64,000 bases of DNA from IMG/VR virus record IMGVR_UViG_3300042402_005558; one strand, 5' to 3'. The DNA comes from an uncultured virus (IMG/VR IMGVR_UViG_3300042402_005558). Lineage: Duplodnaviria > Heunggongvirae > Uroviricota > Caudoviricetes. How positions within the stretch are numbered: the stretch's first letter is position 1; each line of letters begins with the position of its first letter. Positions 50,841-59,700 of this stretch are shown in pieces. Below the pieces are notes generated by a model. That model saw only the letters and a program-made list of their open reading frames with translations. It had not been told where the DNA came from and did no database searches. Position numbers and translations under genes: made by a program.

Positions 50841-51344
50841 ATGCTGTTTACACATATTGAAAAACTAGAAAATTTTTCTGAGTTAACCAAGGATATCAAC
50901 GATATCATTGCCAACATAGGGTTTAAAGATAATCAAATATCATTACAAAATCTCTATGAAGGACAAGATGATTGGTACAATAATACTGGGTCCTTGAAGG
51001 CCTTGAGTGAACAAGATGAAACCAAATATCAAGTGATTAATTCAGTTTTAAAGGGATCATCCATTGAAGGTCTTATACAACGATTTAAAGGTTTCAGAAG
51101 CAGAATTATTTTGATGGATCCAAGAAAATGCTATTCTGTTCATGCTGATCCGTTTAAAAGAATACATATTCCTATTGTAACAAACGATCAGTGCTGGATG
51201 GTTTGGCCGATTGAAAAACAATGTTTTAGATTGCTAGAAGGTAGAATCTATTCGACTGACACTACCAAGTTACATACTTTTTTAAATGGACATGAAACTT
51301 TAGGTAGAATTCATCTGGTAATGTCCGTAAATGAACATCAATGA
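50841..51344 (+). CDS. Aspartyl/asparaginyl beta-hydroxylase-like dioxygenase
   Basis: YSVHAD..RIHIPI.TN...DTT..HTF.N...RIHLV; start moved to the ATG after TAAATA at 50830-50835. Confidence 0.8.
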   Translation: MLFTHIEKLENFSELTKDINDIIANIGFKDNQISLQNLYEGQDDWYNNTGSLKALSEQDETKYQVINSVLKGSSIEGLIQRFKGFRSRIILMDPRKCYSVHADPFKRIHIPIVTNDQCWMVWPIEKQCFRLLEGRIYSTDTTKLHTFLNGHETLGRIHLVMSVNEHQ

Positions 51345-52099
51345 TTGGGTTTAGAATTTTCGAAAAAATTATTTAAATGAGTTTTTTCTAAGAACTCGTC
51401 AGTAAACACCCCGTCAATTCTAAGACTCCAACTCCAGTAATCCGAATCATTAACAGTGCCATGATAATTATGGTTCATGAAATACATTGCTCTATGATCA
51501 GACACGTGTCGTTCGCCGGTGTCTGTGTCGAATAAAAATAACTTTTTAGGATGTTTACCAGTTATCCAAATAAAATTATCTACATATTCATCTAAACCTT
51601 TGTTGTCACGATGTATGATTCCCTCGGATCCAGCAGGTGATATAAAAAATAACACTCTACCATATTCCTTGAAACAATTTTGATCGTCAATCCAATTAAA
51701 CAGAAAATCAAAATTATGTCCGGCGGGAGTTAACGATGTGTAAGAATTTAAACATTTAAATCTAAAATCTGCCGGATAGTTGCTGATGTTTCTAAGGAAA
51801 AGACAAAATCCGTGACCAGCACATCCATGCATCAATGCATACCAATCTAATTGAAAATTGTTTAGTTCGGGAGTTTCCTTCCTCAATTCCTCTTTCAATT
51901 GATGATGAGACATCAATTCAGACTCAGCAAACGAGTAGGAAGGGGGGCTAGCAGGATAAATTGAATCTGCGCTCTTTCCGATAGCATAAGATATTTTATC
52001 ATGCAAATCGTCTAATTTTTTGAGATCCAAAAAAGATTCAAGTCCTACAAATAGTTCATTATTGACAAGTTTAATCACAAGGTATTTATCAGTATTCAT
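51338..52099 (-). CDS. 2OG-Fe(II)/cupin-like dioxygenase
   Basis: GRVLF...IHRD...NYHG...SLRIDG; start uncertain (TAAATA at 52083-52088). Confidence 0.7.
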   Translation of the reverse strand: MNTDKYLVIKLVNNELFVGLESFLDLKKLDDLHDKISYAIGKSADSIYPASPPSYSFAESELMSHHQLKEELRKETPELNNFQLDWYALMHGCAGHGFCLFLRNISNYPADFRFKCLNSYTSLTPAGHNFDFLFNWIDDQNCFKEYGRVLFFISPAGSEGIIHRDNKGLDEYVDNFIWITGKHPKKLFLFDTDTGERHVSDHRAMYFMNHNYHGTVNDSDYWSWSLRIDGVFTDEFLEKTHLNNFFENSKPNH

Positions 52100-52144
52100 T
52101 TTTCTACTTAGAATTTTTGCTAAGTAAATTGCGGAGGAAATCAC

Positions 52145-53455
52145 ATGAGCTTTAATTTAGAATCTTTTTGTCCTGAGGCATGGAGCCAAATTGAAATAGA
52201 TGGACAAGGAGATTACAAGATATGTTGTCTAGCTAACTATGACACAGATTACGGAATGGCCAGAGATATCAACGACAAAGTTCTCAATGTGATGACGCAT
52301 TCTATTGATGAAGCAATGAACAGTGAGACACACAAAAAACATAGAAGAGACATGTCTCGAAATATACAACCTTTGAGGTGTACAAATTGTTATGATGTCG
52401 AATGTGCTAATGGTGCAAGCAAACGTCAACGTGTACTTCAACAGACCGCCGTAGAATTAAAAAATTATATAAATGTTGAAACGGCCAAAGACGTCACACT
52501 GTCGGACGGAACATTATTGAATCCTAAAGTGATAAATTTAGATCTTCGCTTTGGAAATTTGTGTAATCAAAAATGCATCATGTGTAGTCCTTTACACAGC
52601 AATCAGTGGTATGAAGATTGGGTGGCTCTAACTGGTAGCAGCAATTTTGTTCTCAAAAGAAAAGAATTTCCTATATATCAAGACAACAACGGAAAATATC
52701 GGATGGCTGGATACGAGCCTTGGTGGGAATCAGAGAGATGGTGGGAAATGTTTGATAAAATTGCTCCGCAACTCGAGTACATTTATTTCACAGGCGGGGA
52801 GCCGTTATTAGTGCCTCAGATGCAGGAATGTCTAGATAAGTTGATTGAAAGAGGATTATCCAAAAATATACAATTGAGGTATGATACGAATCTCAGCGTC
52901 ATTAACAAAAAAGTTATAGACAAATGGATAAATTTTAAAAATGTATTTTTGTGCATAAGCATAGACGAAACTGAAGAAAGATATGATCTAATTCGTTACA
53001 TGGGAAATTTTGAAACCTTTGAAAAAAATTTAATTTACATTAAAGAACACAACATAGACATTAGTTATCTCAGCACCTGCATAGGAATAGCCAGTATTTA
53101 CAGCGTTCAAAGAGTTTACGAATTTTGTAAAAAACACGGAATCAAACAACAACAATATAGATTTTTAGATGGTCCAGAGTGGTTGAATATAAGGCACTTA
53201 CCCAGATCAGCAAAAGAAGAAATCATAAAAAATTTATTAGATTATTCACATGATCCCCAATACCTCAAGTATGCTAGGATAGAAATAAACATGCTTGAGA
53301 CATATATGGATCATGTTAATTTAGATCATGTAAAAGATTTTGTAACTAAAATGGATATTCTAGATCTAAAAAGAAACACCAAGTGGAAAGAAGTTCTTCC
53401 TGACGTTTTTGAATTACTGAATAAACATTGTTTGGGAATTTTTGAAAAAGGTTGA
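52145..53455 (+). CDS. Radical SAM enzyme with an N-terminal SPASM/Twitch-like Cys cluster
   Basis: CNQKCIMC (CxxxCxxC), FTGGEP; N-terminal C...CC...CTNC; SD GGAGG. Confidence 0.92.
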   Translation: MSFNLESFCPEAWSQIEIDGQGDYKICCLANYDTDYGMARDINDKVLNVMTHSIDEAMNSETHKKHRRDMSRNIQPLRCTNCYDVECANGASKRQRVLQQTAVELKNYINVETAKDVTLSDGTLLNPKVINLDLRFGNLCNQKCIMCSPLHSNQWYEDWVALTGSSNFVLKRKEFPIYQDNNGKYRMAGYEPWWESERWWEMFDKIAPQLEYIYFTGGEPLLVPQMQECLDKLIERGLSKNIQLRYDTNLSVINKKVIDKWINFKNVFLCISIDETEERYDLIRYMGNFETFEKNLIYIKEHNIDISYLSTCIGIASIYSVQRVYEFCKKHGIKQQQYRFLDGPEWLNIRHLPRSAKEEIIKNLLDYSHDPQYLKYARIEINMLETYMDHVNLDHVKDFVTKMDILDLKRNTKWKEVLPDVFELLNKHCLGIFEKG

Positions 53456-54699
53456 TCATGAATGAAATAGATTTATCGGCAACCCCTTCGGGATGCTATA
53501 GAGTTTATAATTGTACTACTCGTCAAAAGATCAATGATTACTTTAATAAAGTAGAAGCACTTTTAGAGGCCACTCGTCTTAGAAAACAAGGCATAAATGC
53601 TCGTGTAGTTTTTATGTATTATTTTGATCTATTTAAAAGTATAGATTACAGGTTGTTGGGAACTACTCCCCTAGAAAATCTCTATAAAGAAAGAGCTCAA
53701 CAACTGCGAGACAAGTATGATTATCTAATTTTACGTTATAGCGGAGGATCCGATAGCCACAATGTGTTAATGACCTTTCTTAAAAACAAGATAAAATTAG
53801 ATGCTATCTATGTGAATTGGCCAGTCTCTGCTATCGGAAAAGGGTTGTACAAGCCTAATAACATAGACTTTTCTCCCCGAAACGAGTTGAGTGAATGGGA
53901 CTTTGTGATCAAGCCTGACTTAGATTGGATCTCCAAAAATTATCCGGAGATAGAAATACATATCGATGATTGGCTATCAGATATAACTAGAGAAAAAAAT
54001 GTTGAAGATGCGATGTTTGAAAAACAAAATCACTATCACAGTCCAACTAGTTTTTATAGGATGCAATGGTTTTCAGATCATGAAAAAAATCTAAGTAACA
54101 AAGGCCTCAAAGTTGGGTTAATCGAGGGAGCAGACAAACCTAATTTGATAGTTCTAGATGATGATCCGAACACAGTGAAAATGCATTTTGTTGATTGGAC
54201 GTTGCAGCACAATGTAACCTACACTGGTAATGGAGGTGAATATTTTTATTGGACTCCTGACATGCCGTTATTGGCTGTAGAAATGGCATATCAGAATTTT
54301 CTGTATTATAAGAATAATCCAGAAGATCGGTGGTTGCTCGAAGAAAAATACAAATATGAAAATCTAGAGGGATACGATCCATTATCTATAGCAAGTTTAA
54401 AATTTAACAAGAAAAGTGATATTTCCAAAAAGGTATTATATCCTTATTGGTCTTTTGATAGATTTCAGGTAGTCAAAGATATTAAGTTTTTAAACGGAAT
54501 ACACAACGGAAAACCACAGGATTGGGTTTTTTGGGAACATCATGAAACCAAATTAGTAAGAGACAAATGGAATCATCACATATATAGTTATTTACGTGGG
54601 ATCGATTCTGAATTTCTACACCACGATTCTGCCGGACTTCCTACAGGGTATAAGCCTATATTTTCTATACCTGTCAAAATAGGAAGCTATACACAATGA
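53452..54699 (+). CDS. PP-loop-fold protein
   Basis: RAQQLRDKYDY...YSGGSDSHN, GADKP and EYFYW motifs. Confidence 0.75.
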   Translation: MIMNEIDLSATPSGCYRVYNCTTRQKINDYFNKVEALLEATRLRKQGINARVVFMYYFDLFKSIDYRLLGTTPLENLYKERAQQLRDKYDYLILRYSGGSDSHNVLMTFLKNKIKLDAIYVNWPVSAIGKGLYKPNNIDFSPRNELSEWDFVIKPDLDWISKNYPEIEIHIDDWLSDITREKNVEDAMFEKQNHYHSPTSFYRMQWFSDHEKNLSNKGLKVGLIEGADKPNLIVLDDDPNTVKMHFVDWTLQHNVTYTGNGGEYFYWTPDMPLLAVEMAYQNFLYYKNNPEDRWLLEEKYKYENLEGYDPLSIASLKFNKKSDISKKVLYPYWSFDRFQVVKDIKFLNGIHNGKPQDWVFWEHHETKLVRDKWNHHIYSYLRGIDSEFLHHDSAGLPTGYKPIFSIPVKIGSYTQ

Positions 54700-54721
54700 A
54701 AAATTTTAAAAGGTATATTTG

Positions 54722-55687
54722 ATGAAAAAAATTTTATTTACTTTGTTTTTAATCTGCAACGGAGTTATCAATGCTCACGCATGGCAGCCGAATCAACCGG
54801 TAAACATCTACATAGGTGCTGGTCCAGGAACCACAGCAGAAATCGCACTAAGGCGAGTCACAGATGACATTACCAAAAGAACCAACGTTTCTTTTAGTTA
54901 CCACTATAAACCAGGTCCGGGACAGGTAGAGGTAACAAACAATTTCATATCTATGCCAAATGATGGACATCATATGTTGATGCCTTTTTTTGGTGATGTA
55001 TTTATTTGGAGCGAAATTGTATTCAAAGATAGAGTTAAATGGAACGCAGATAGTTTTGAATATGTAATTGGATTACCATCTGATCCTGCAGTTATTATCT
55101 CTCCAATTAATAGTCCAGTGAACAATCCCAAAGAGTTAATTCAATATTTAAACTTGAATAATAAAAATTTAAATTTTGGCACAGCCACTGGTACGCAAGC
55201 AATACCGTATTATTCTATCATGCATCACAGTAAAGCCGATAAGTCTAAAGTAAAAGAAATTAGATATAAAGCAGCAAGAGAAGTAATGATGGACGTTGCT
55301 TCCGGAAATTTAGATTTCGGAGTAATACCTGCAGGGCTGATAAAGACCGCAGAATCAACTGGAAAAATTAAAATAATAGGCATCACAGCAAATTCGCCTT
55401 TTGCGACTTCCCCTCAGTATCAAGTTTTTAATAGAGAAATTAAAGATTTGAATTTCTATATCTACAGGCTGATTGTTTTGCCTCCTAAGACAAAACCAGA
55501 AATCGTAGCATGGTTTAATAAAGAAATGCGAGTGGCTCTGGAAAACCCGGTAATATCTAAAAGTTTCGAAGATAATTTTGAAACAATAGAAAAAGAATAC
55601 CTTAGCCCCAACGGAATCAAAAAAGTTATACTAGATGCCAAAAAACTATATCAGCCGTTGGCTGAAAGGACAGTGGTTCAAAAATAG
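54722..55687 (+). CDS. tctC: TctC/Bug family periplasmic substrate-binding protein
   Basis: Signal peptide AHA-WQP, GPG, KPG, DGH, YK...DVASG and LPPKT motifs. Confidence 0.85.
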   Translation: MKKILFTLFLICNGVINAHAWQPNQPVNIYIGAGPGTTAEIALRRVTDDITKRTNVSFSYHYKPGPGQVEVTNNFISMPNDGHHMLMPFFGDVFIWSEIVFKDRVKWNADSFEYVIGLPSDPAVIISPINSPVNNPKELIQYLNLNNKNLNFGTATGTQAIPYYSIMHHSKADKSKVKEIRYKAAREVMMDVASGNLDFGVIPAGLIKTAESTGKIKIIGITANSPFATSPQYQVFNREIKDLNFYIYRLIVLPPKTKPEIVAWFNKEMRVALENPVISKSFEDNFETIEKEYLSPNGIKKVILDAKKLYQPLAERTVVQK

Positions 55688-56662
55688 ATGAATCAACGAT
55701 TTCTATCTAGGCCGTTGAAATTGTTTGATAGCAAATATCCGATAATGCTAGCGGCTATGAATAAAGTTTCAACGATGAATTTCGCTGTTGCATGTAATCG
55801 GGTTGGAATTTTTCCTTCTATATCAGCATATAACTATTATTATGGGAAGGAATTGTTTGATGTTCATCAGTTCGAAAAAGACCTAACAATATTCAATAAC
55901 TTAACCGGAACAAATAATTTAATAGTAAGTGTAGAACTTTTTGACATGTGTAAGCCAGAATTTTTAAATATTTGTTCTAAAAAGTTATTTTCTCATCTAG
56001 AAGTTATAGACGAAACAGGACATATTTACAGGTCTGAAATCGATGACAACAAAGATGTTTTTGAAAAAAATATGTCAAGACTAGAATCTATTTTTTTAGA
56101 TATAGAAAGAGCAGGAATAAAATGTCTATTTAAATGTTTAATACCAGATCATTGGATTAAAAAAACCGATCGCGTTAAAGATTTGTTTTCAGGAGCAATA
56201 ATTAAATCAAGTGATGCGTCAGGAAAAACCATAGTTCACAACGATAGAAAAACACTGATTGAAGAATTTTTACAACTAGAGACTGCATCTCCTGATAAAG
56301 TTTTTGTTCCAACTGGTGGCATACATTCTGGTTCGCAGGTAAAAGAATTTATCAATGCCGGCGCAGAAATCATAGGAATAGGATCATATTTTATCACTGC
56401 TATAGAATGTGAGATATCAACCGATGTCAAAGAAAAAATTATTAGATCAACACGGCATGATTTATCAAGATTTCAAACAGGTCAGAACAGTATTATTTTT
56501 TCTGAAATAGATAAAGATGATATCAATCATAGTCTATCTTTGAAACAAGGAATTAAAAACTCCAATGTTGGTCACATATGTATGGGGTCATCCGTCGATT
56601 TTATCGACAAAATATTACCTCTTCAAGATCTAGTTGACAATCTTATGTCAGAGTTAATTTAG
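55688..56662 (+). CDS. Nitronate monooxygenase-like FMN TIM-barrel enzyme
   Basis: KYPIMLAAM; TGGI.SG....I.AGA..IGIGSYF...EC. Confidence 0.75.
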   Translation: MNQRFLSRPLKLFDSKYPIMLAAMNKVSTMNFAVACNRVGIFPSISAYNYYYGKELFDVHQFEKDLTIFNNLTGTNNLIVSVELFDMCKPEFLNICSKKLFSHLEVIDETGHIYRSEIDDNKDVFEKNMSRLESIFLDIERAGIKCLFKCLIPDHWIKKTDRVKDLFSGAIIKSSDASGKTIVHNDRKTLIEEFLQLETASPDKVFVPTGGIHSGSQVKEFINAGAEIIGIGSYFITAIECEISTDVKEKIIRSTRHDLSRFQTGQNSIIFSEIDKDDINHSLSLKQGIKNSNVGHICMGSSVDFIDKILPLQDLVDNLMSELI

Positions 56663-58702
56663 ATCAACCCAGGCTGCGCCTGTATATCCTTGGAATTTTG
56701 TTCCGGTGGTATTAAACACCATCATACCAGCAGTAGGTGAAGTTATTGCAGCATCTCTGGCTGTATTATCAGCATATACAACTAAACGAACAGCATTACT
56801 GAAATTAGTAGACTGTCCGGTCAAGGATGCTATGGTATCAATTTTTACAACCTGACTGTCTGTGATTTCTAATGCAAGGGTTTTAGTTCCTGAAGAGTTT
56901 TCAGTTAAGATACTCAACTTAGTCGGTATTACCCCTGAACTCACAGCTCCGGTTACGGTACCTGTTATAAAGGCACTGTCTCTGTAGACCGATCCGTCGT
57001 AGCCGCCCCATCCTAGTCTATACAACACATCACCGTTTTGAACAGCAGTCGGTGCAGTATATGTTCCCCTAGATCTACGCATTCCTAATCTAGCACCATC
57101 AGTAACCGAACTGGTATTATTTTGAAGATACAATGGTAATGAGTTCGCAGTTGCCGAAGCTACGATCAATTGTCCATTGATTAATGTAGAAACAGCGCCT
57201 ATCGACATTTTTTCTATCAAGGTACCGACACTATTCGCAACATAAAAATCAAGTCTTCCCGGCACTCTGCCAGTAGTTACCGTAGATCCGGTTTCTACAA
57301 CTGATCTTATTTGAGCAGAATTTGAATAGTCAGCACCGTCGTAACCTGCAAAATTAAATTTAGCAAGCACGTCGTCGGGTTGAACAGCGATTGGTAATCC
57401 TCCAGATTCCCTAGCCTTGGTTAATCTAAAATCTCTGCTTTCCTGGTTGTTATGAATTTGCACCAATCTATAAGCAGGAGCTGTAGAGAAGTCATCGATA
57501 TTTTGAAATAATTGCCCATCATTTCTTATTCTTAATCGCGGTCCGAACGTGTTTGTGGTAGATGATCTAGTCCAGAATTCAAAACCAGCTGGCGCTATAG
57601 ATGATGTTGGTGTTCCTTGAATTTTTGTAAAAATACCAGCAACTGTGTCATATCCGTCAGTAACCTTGGCACTAGATATAACTGCACCTATTGTGTCACC
57701 ATCTAACACGTTTAATGGGGATAAATCATTTCCTCGAGCTCTTCTTAGATTAAGAAAAGAAGCCGATACAGAGTCATCATGGAATTGATCTAATGCTATA
57801 GTCCGAAGATTTGTTTCATTGGTTATGAAGGTACCTTCACTGTAAAAATTCGAATCACCCTCAACAGTTACCGCAGTCTGAAAATTAACGGGGGTATCTA
57901 CAACAATGGTAGTAGATGTTGCAGAAGAAATTAAGTTAGTCTCAATGTTACCACTGACATTACCTGTTAGATCTCCAAAGAATCGTCCGCCGGTTGCATC
58001 TACCAACATAGTTGAATCATCTGCAAATACAGAACCTTTAACGTCACCTGTATGATATCCGACAGTATTACCGGATAAAGTGCCCGAAAAAATGCCGGCA
58101 GTTAATGTATCAGTGCTTGGGTTATATGTTAGGGCGGTATCTGTTCTTAAGGTTTCATTGCCAGTAGCGGTATCAACGAATGTGATAAAGTGTCCAGTTG
58201 CGGTAAAATTAGTAGCAGTAAGTGCTACTGTGGTGGCTGTGGTAGCTGTTGTAGCAGTGTCTGCATTACCTGTGACATTGCCTGTGACATTGCCTGTGAC
58301 ATTGCCTGTGACATTGCCTGTGACATTAGAAAATACAGGTCCAACAATTCTGCCCAAAGTAGCATCTATGAGTAGAGTAGAATCTTCTGCTACTACGTCG
58401 CCTTTAAATACTCCGCCTATTGTACCTGTGTTGGTAGTTAGATCTAATTCGGCAGATATACTAGCGCCTGCGTCATTATATGCGAAAGTTATACCACTGT
58501 GTGTGCCGTTGGCAAACAATCCTGCAGCAGCATCCTGTGCATTTTCATCAGTATAACCGGTAATTTGTATGCCACCTAGTGTGCTGCCATTACCAACATA
58601 TAATTTTTGTTCATCAGTAACATACAACAGTTCGCCCTGAGCTAGGGCCTGTGTCATGGCTTGTCTTTGTGCGTTTGTGCCTCTGCGAATCTGTAAGGGC
58701 AT
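56654..58702 (-). CDS. Tail fibre protein
   Basis: MPLQIRRGT..GEL..TDE.KLYVGNG N-terminus; three R.RG...P..V..GD.L repeats; TAAATA at 58733-58738. Confidence 0.85.
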   Translation of the reverse strand: MPLQIRRGTNAQRQAMTQALAQGELLYVTDEQKLYVGNGSTLGGIQITGYTDENAQDAAAGLFANGTHSGITFAYNDAGASISAELDLTTNTGTIGGVFKGDVVAEDSTLLIDATLGRIVGPVFSNVTGNVTGNVTGNVTGNVTGNADTATTATTATTVALTATNFTATGHFITFVDTATGNETLRTDTALTYNPSTDTLTAGIFSGTLSGNTVGYHTGDVKGSVFADDSTMLVDATGGRFFGDLTGNVSGNIETNLISSATSTTIVVDTPVNFQTAVTVEGDSNFYSEGTFITNETNLRTIALDQFHDDSVSASFLNLRRARGNDLSPLNVLDGDTIGAVISSAKVTDGYDTVAGIFTKIQGTPTSSIAPAGFEFWTRSSTTNTFGPRLRIRNDGQLFQNIDDFSTAPAYRLVQIHNNQESRDFRLTKARESGGLPIAVQPDDVLAKFNFAGYDGADYSNSAQIRSVVETGSTVTTGRVPGRLDFYVANSVGTLIEKMSIGAVSTLINGQLIVASATANSLPLYLQNNTSSVTDGARLGMRRSRGTYTAPTAVQNGDVLYRLGWGGYDGSVYRDSAFITGTVTGAVSSGVIPTKLSILTENSSGTKTLALEITDSQVVKIDTIASLTGQSTNFSNAVRLVVYADNTARDAAITSPTAGMMVFNTTGTKFQGYTGAAWVDLN
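58269..58328. repeat. 12-bp tandem repeat (CCTGTGACATTG, about 5 copies) encoding NVTG
   Basis: Directly visible in the sequence; protein reads NVTGNVTGNVTGNVTGNVTG. Confidence 0.9.
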
Positions 58703-58764
58703 GTTTAAACTCCTGGATTATTCCTACTCATATATTTATGTCGCAGAGTCCAGAACATATAGCC

Positions 58765-58793
58765 AAAAAAATAGCACCCGAAGGTGCTATTTT
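58765..58793 (-). terminator. Rho-independent terminator
   Basis: On the minus strand ATAGCACC-TTCG-GGTGCTAT followed by a T run. Confidence 0.9.
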
Positions 58794-58841
58794 GCCCTTT
58801 TGTATAGCGCCTAGGGGCTGACGCTCAAATAGAACTATGTT

Positions 58842-59447
58842 CTAATCCACTGTAGGTCCGTTGCCATTGCGGAAACCTACTTCGCCGCCTTCTGCTTGTA
58901 TACGTGCTATGACATCTTCGAACAATATAGGGGCAAAATCCGGTGTCTGTTCCACACATACACAGTGATAACGAACATCTATTTCATCACCGTACAACAC
59001 AGCACCTGTTCTAGCATCAACCCCGCGAGCTTTACGCACACGATTTGAGTGCAGGTGTCCGTGTATGTTAACACCAAATCGACCCAAACTGGCTTCGTGT
59101 ACAGGGATATGACTTAAGATCATACCGTTCATCACATGATAGGCACGTAATTCGCGGAAGTGTTGGATATAATCCGTGTCTTTGAAAATATCGTGGTTAC
59201 CACGGATCAACACCTTGTCGCCATTTAAACGATGCAAAATACTCAACGCTTTGCGGTTGATGACAACATCGCCCAAATGGTAGACCTTGTCAGTGGGTTT
59301 TACACGTTCATTCCATGCCTTGACCATGGCTTCGTCCATTTCTTCAGCAGAGTCCCAAGGGCGCAATTTAGTGCCATCATCACGGGTGAAGCGGCAAACA
59401 CCTGTGTGTCCAAAGTGCGTGTCTGATACTAAAAATACACTAGGCAT
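58842..59447 (-). CDS. Calcineurin-like metallophosphoesterase
   Basis: SDTHFGH, LGD, RGNHD, SH.P and HGHLH motifs. Confidence 0.93.
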   Translation of the reverse strand: MPSVFLVSDTHFGHTGVCRFTRDDGTKLRPWDSAEEMDEAMVKAWNERVKPTDKVYHLGDVVINRKALSILHRLNGDKVLIRGNHDIFKDTDYIQHFRELRAYHVMNGMILSHIPVHEASLGRFGVNIHGHLHSNRVRKARGVDARTGAVLYGDEIDVRYHCVCVEQTPDFAPILFEDVIARIQAEGGEVGFRNGNGPTVD

Positions 59448-59464
59448 CTTGCCCTCCTTTCATT

Positions 59465-59665
59465 TTAGATTCTACGTTTTTTCCAGGTGTAATCTACACC
59501 ATCTGGGCACTTGCCGTTGACAACGCTGTCTGCGCCAAACCGCCCTACTATTTCCATTCCGTTAACTGTGATGACAACAAACTCATTCACAGTCTTAGCC
59601 CACGTCATTGCTAGGGCTAATGTTTCAAATTCTTGTGTTTTTGTTTTGCTTTTTACTTCTATCAT
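59465..59665 (-). CDS. Hypothetical protein
   Basis: Begins 7 nt after a consensus -10 box. Confidence 0.7.
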   Translation of the reverse strand: MIEVKSKTKTQEFETLALAMTWAKTVNEFVVITVNGMEIVGRFGADSVVNGKCPDGVDYTWKKRRI

Positions 59666-59671
59666 TGTTCT

Positions 59672-59700
59672 ATTATAGCACCAAAAAGAAACCCTGTCAA
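59672..59700 (-). promoter_or_regulatory. Consensus sigma70 promoter
   Basis: TTGACA-N17-TATAAT with an extended -10 TG. Confidence 0.9.

Noticed and set aside
49610..50917. ORF-track starts at 50917, 50796, 60953, 23337, 22582 and 40070
   Set aside because: They overlap neighbouring genes or promoter boxes; downstream ATGs fit the promoter and SD positions better
32560..56660. Island as an integrated mobile element or prophage with the tRNA-like gene as att site
   Set aside because: No integrase or transposase and no duplicated tRNA 3' end seen at the far boundary; the island lies on the 5' side of the RNA gene
58702..58844. Stop-codon readthrough from the phosphoesterase gene, stimulated by the pseudoknot
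   Set aside because: The readthrough frame crosses a strong terminator and stops at TGA before the fibre gene
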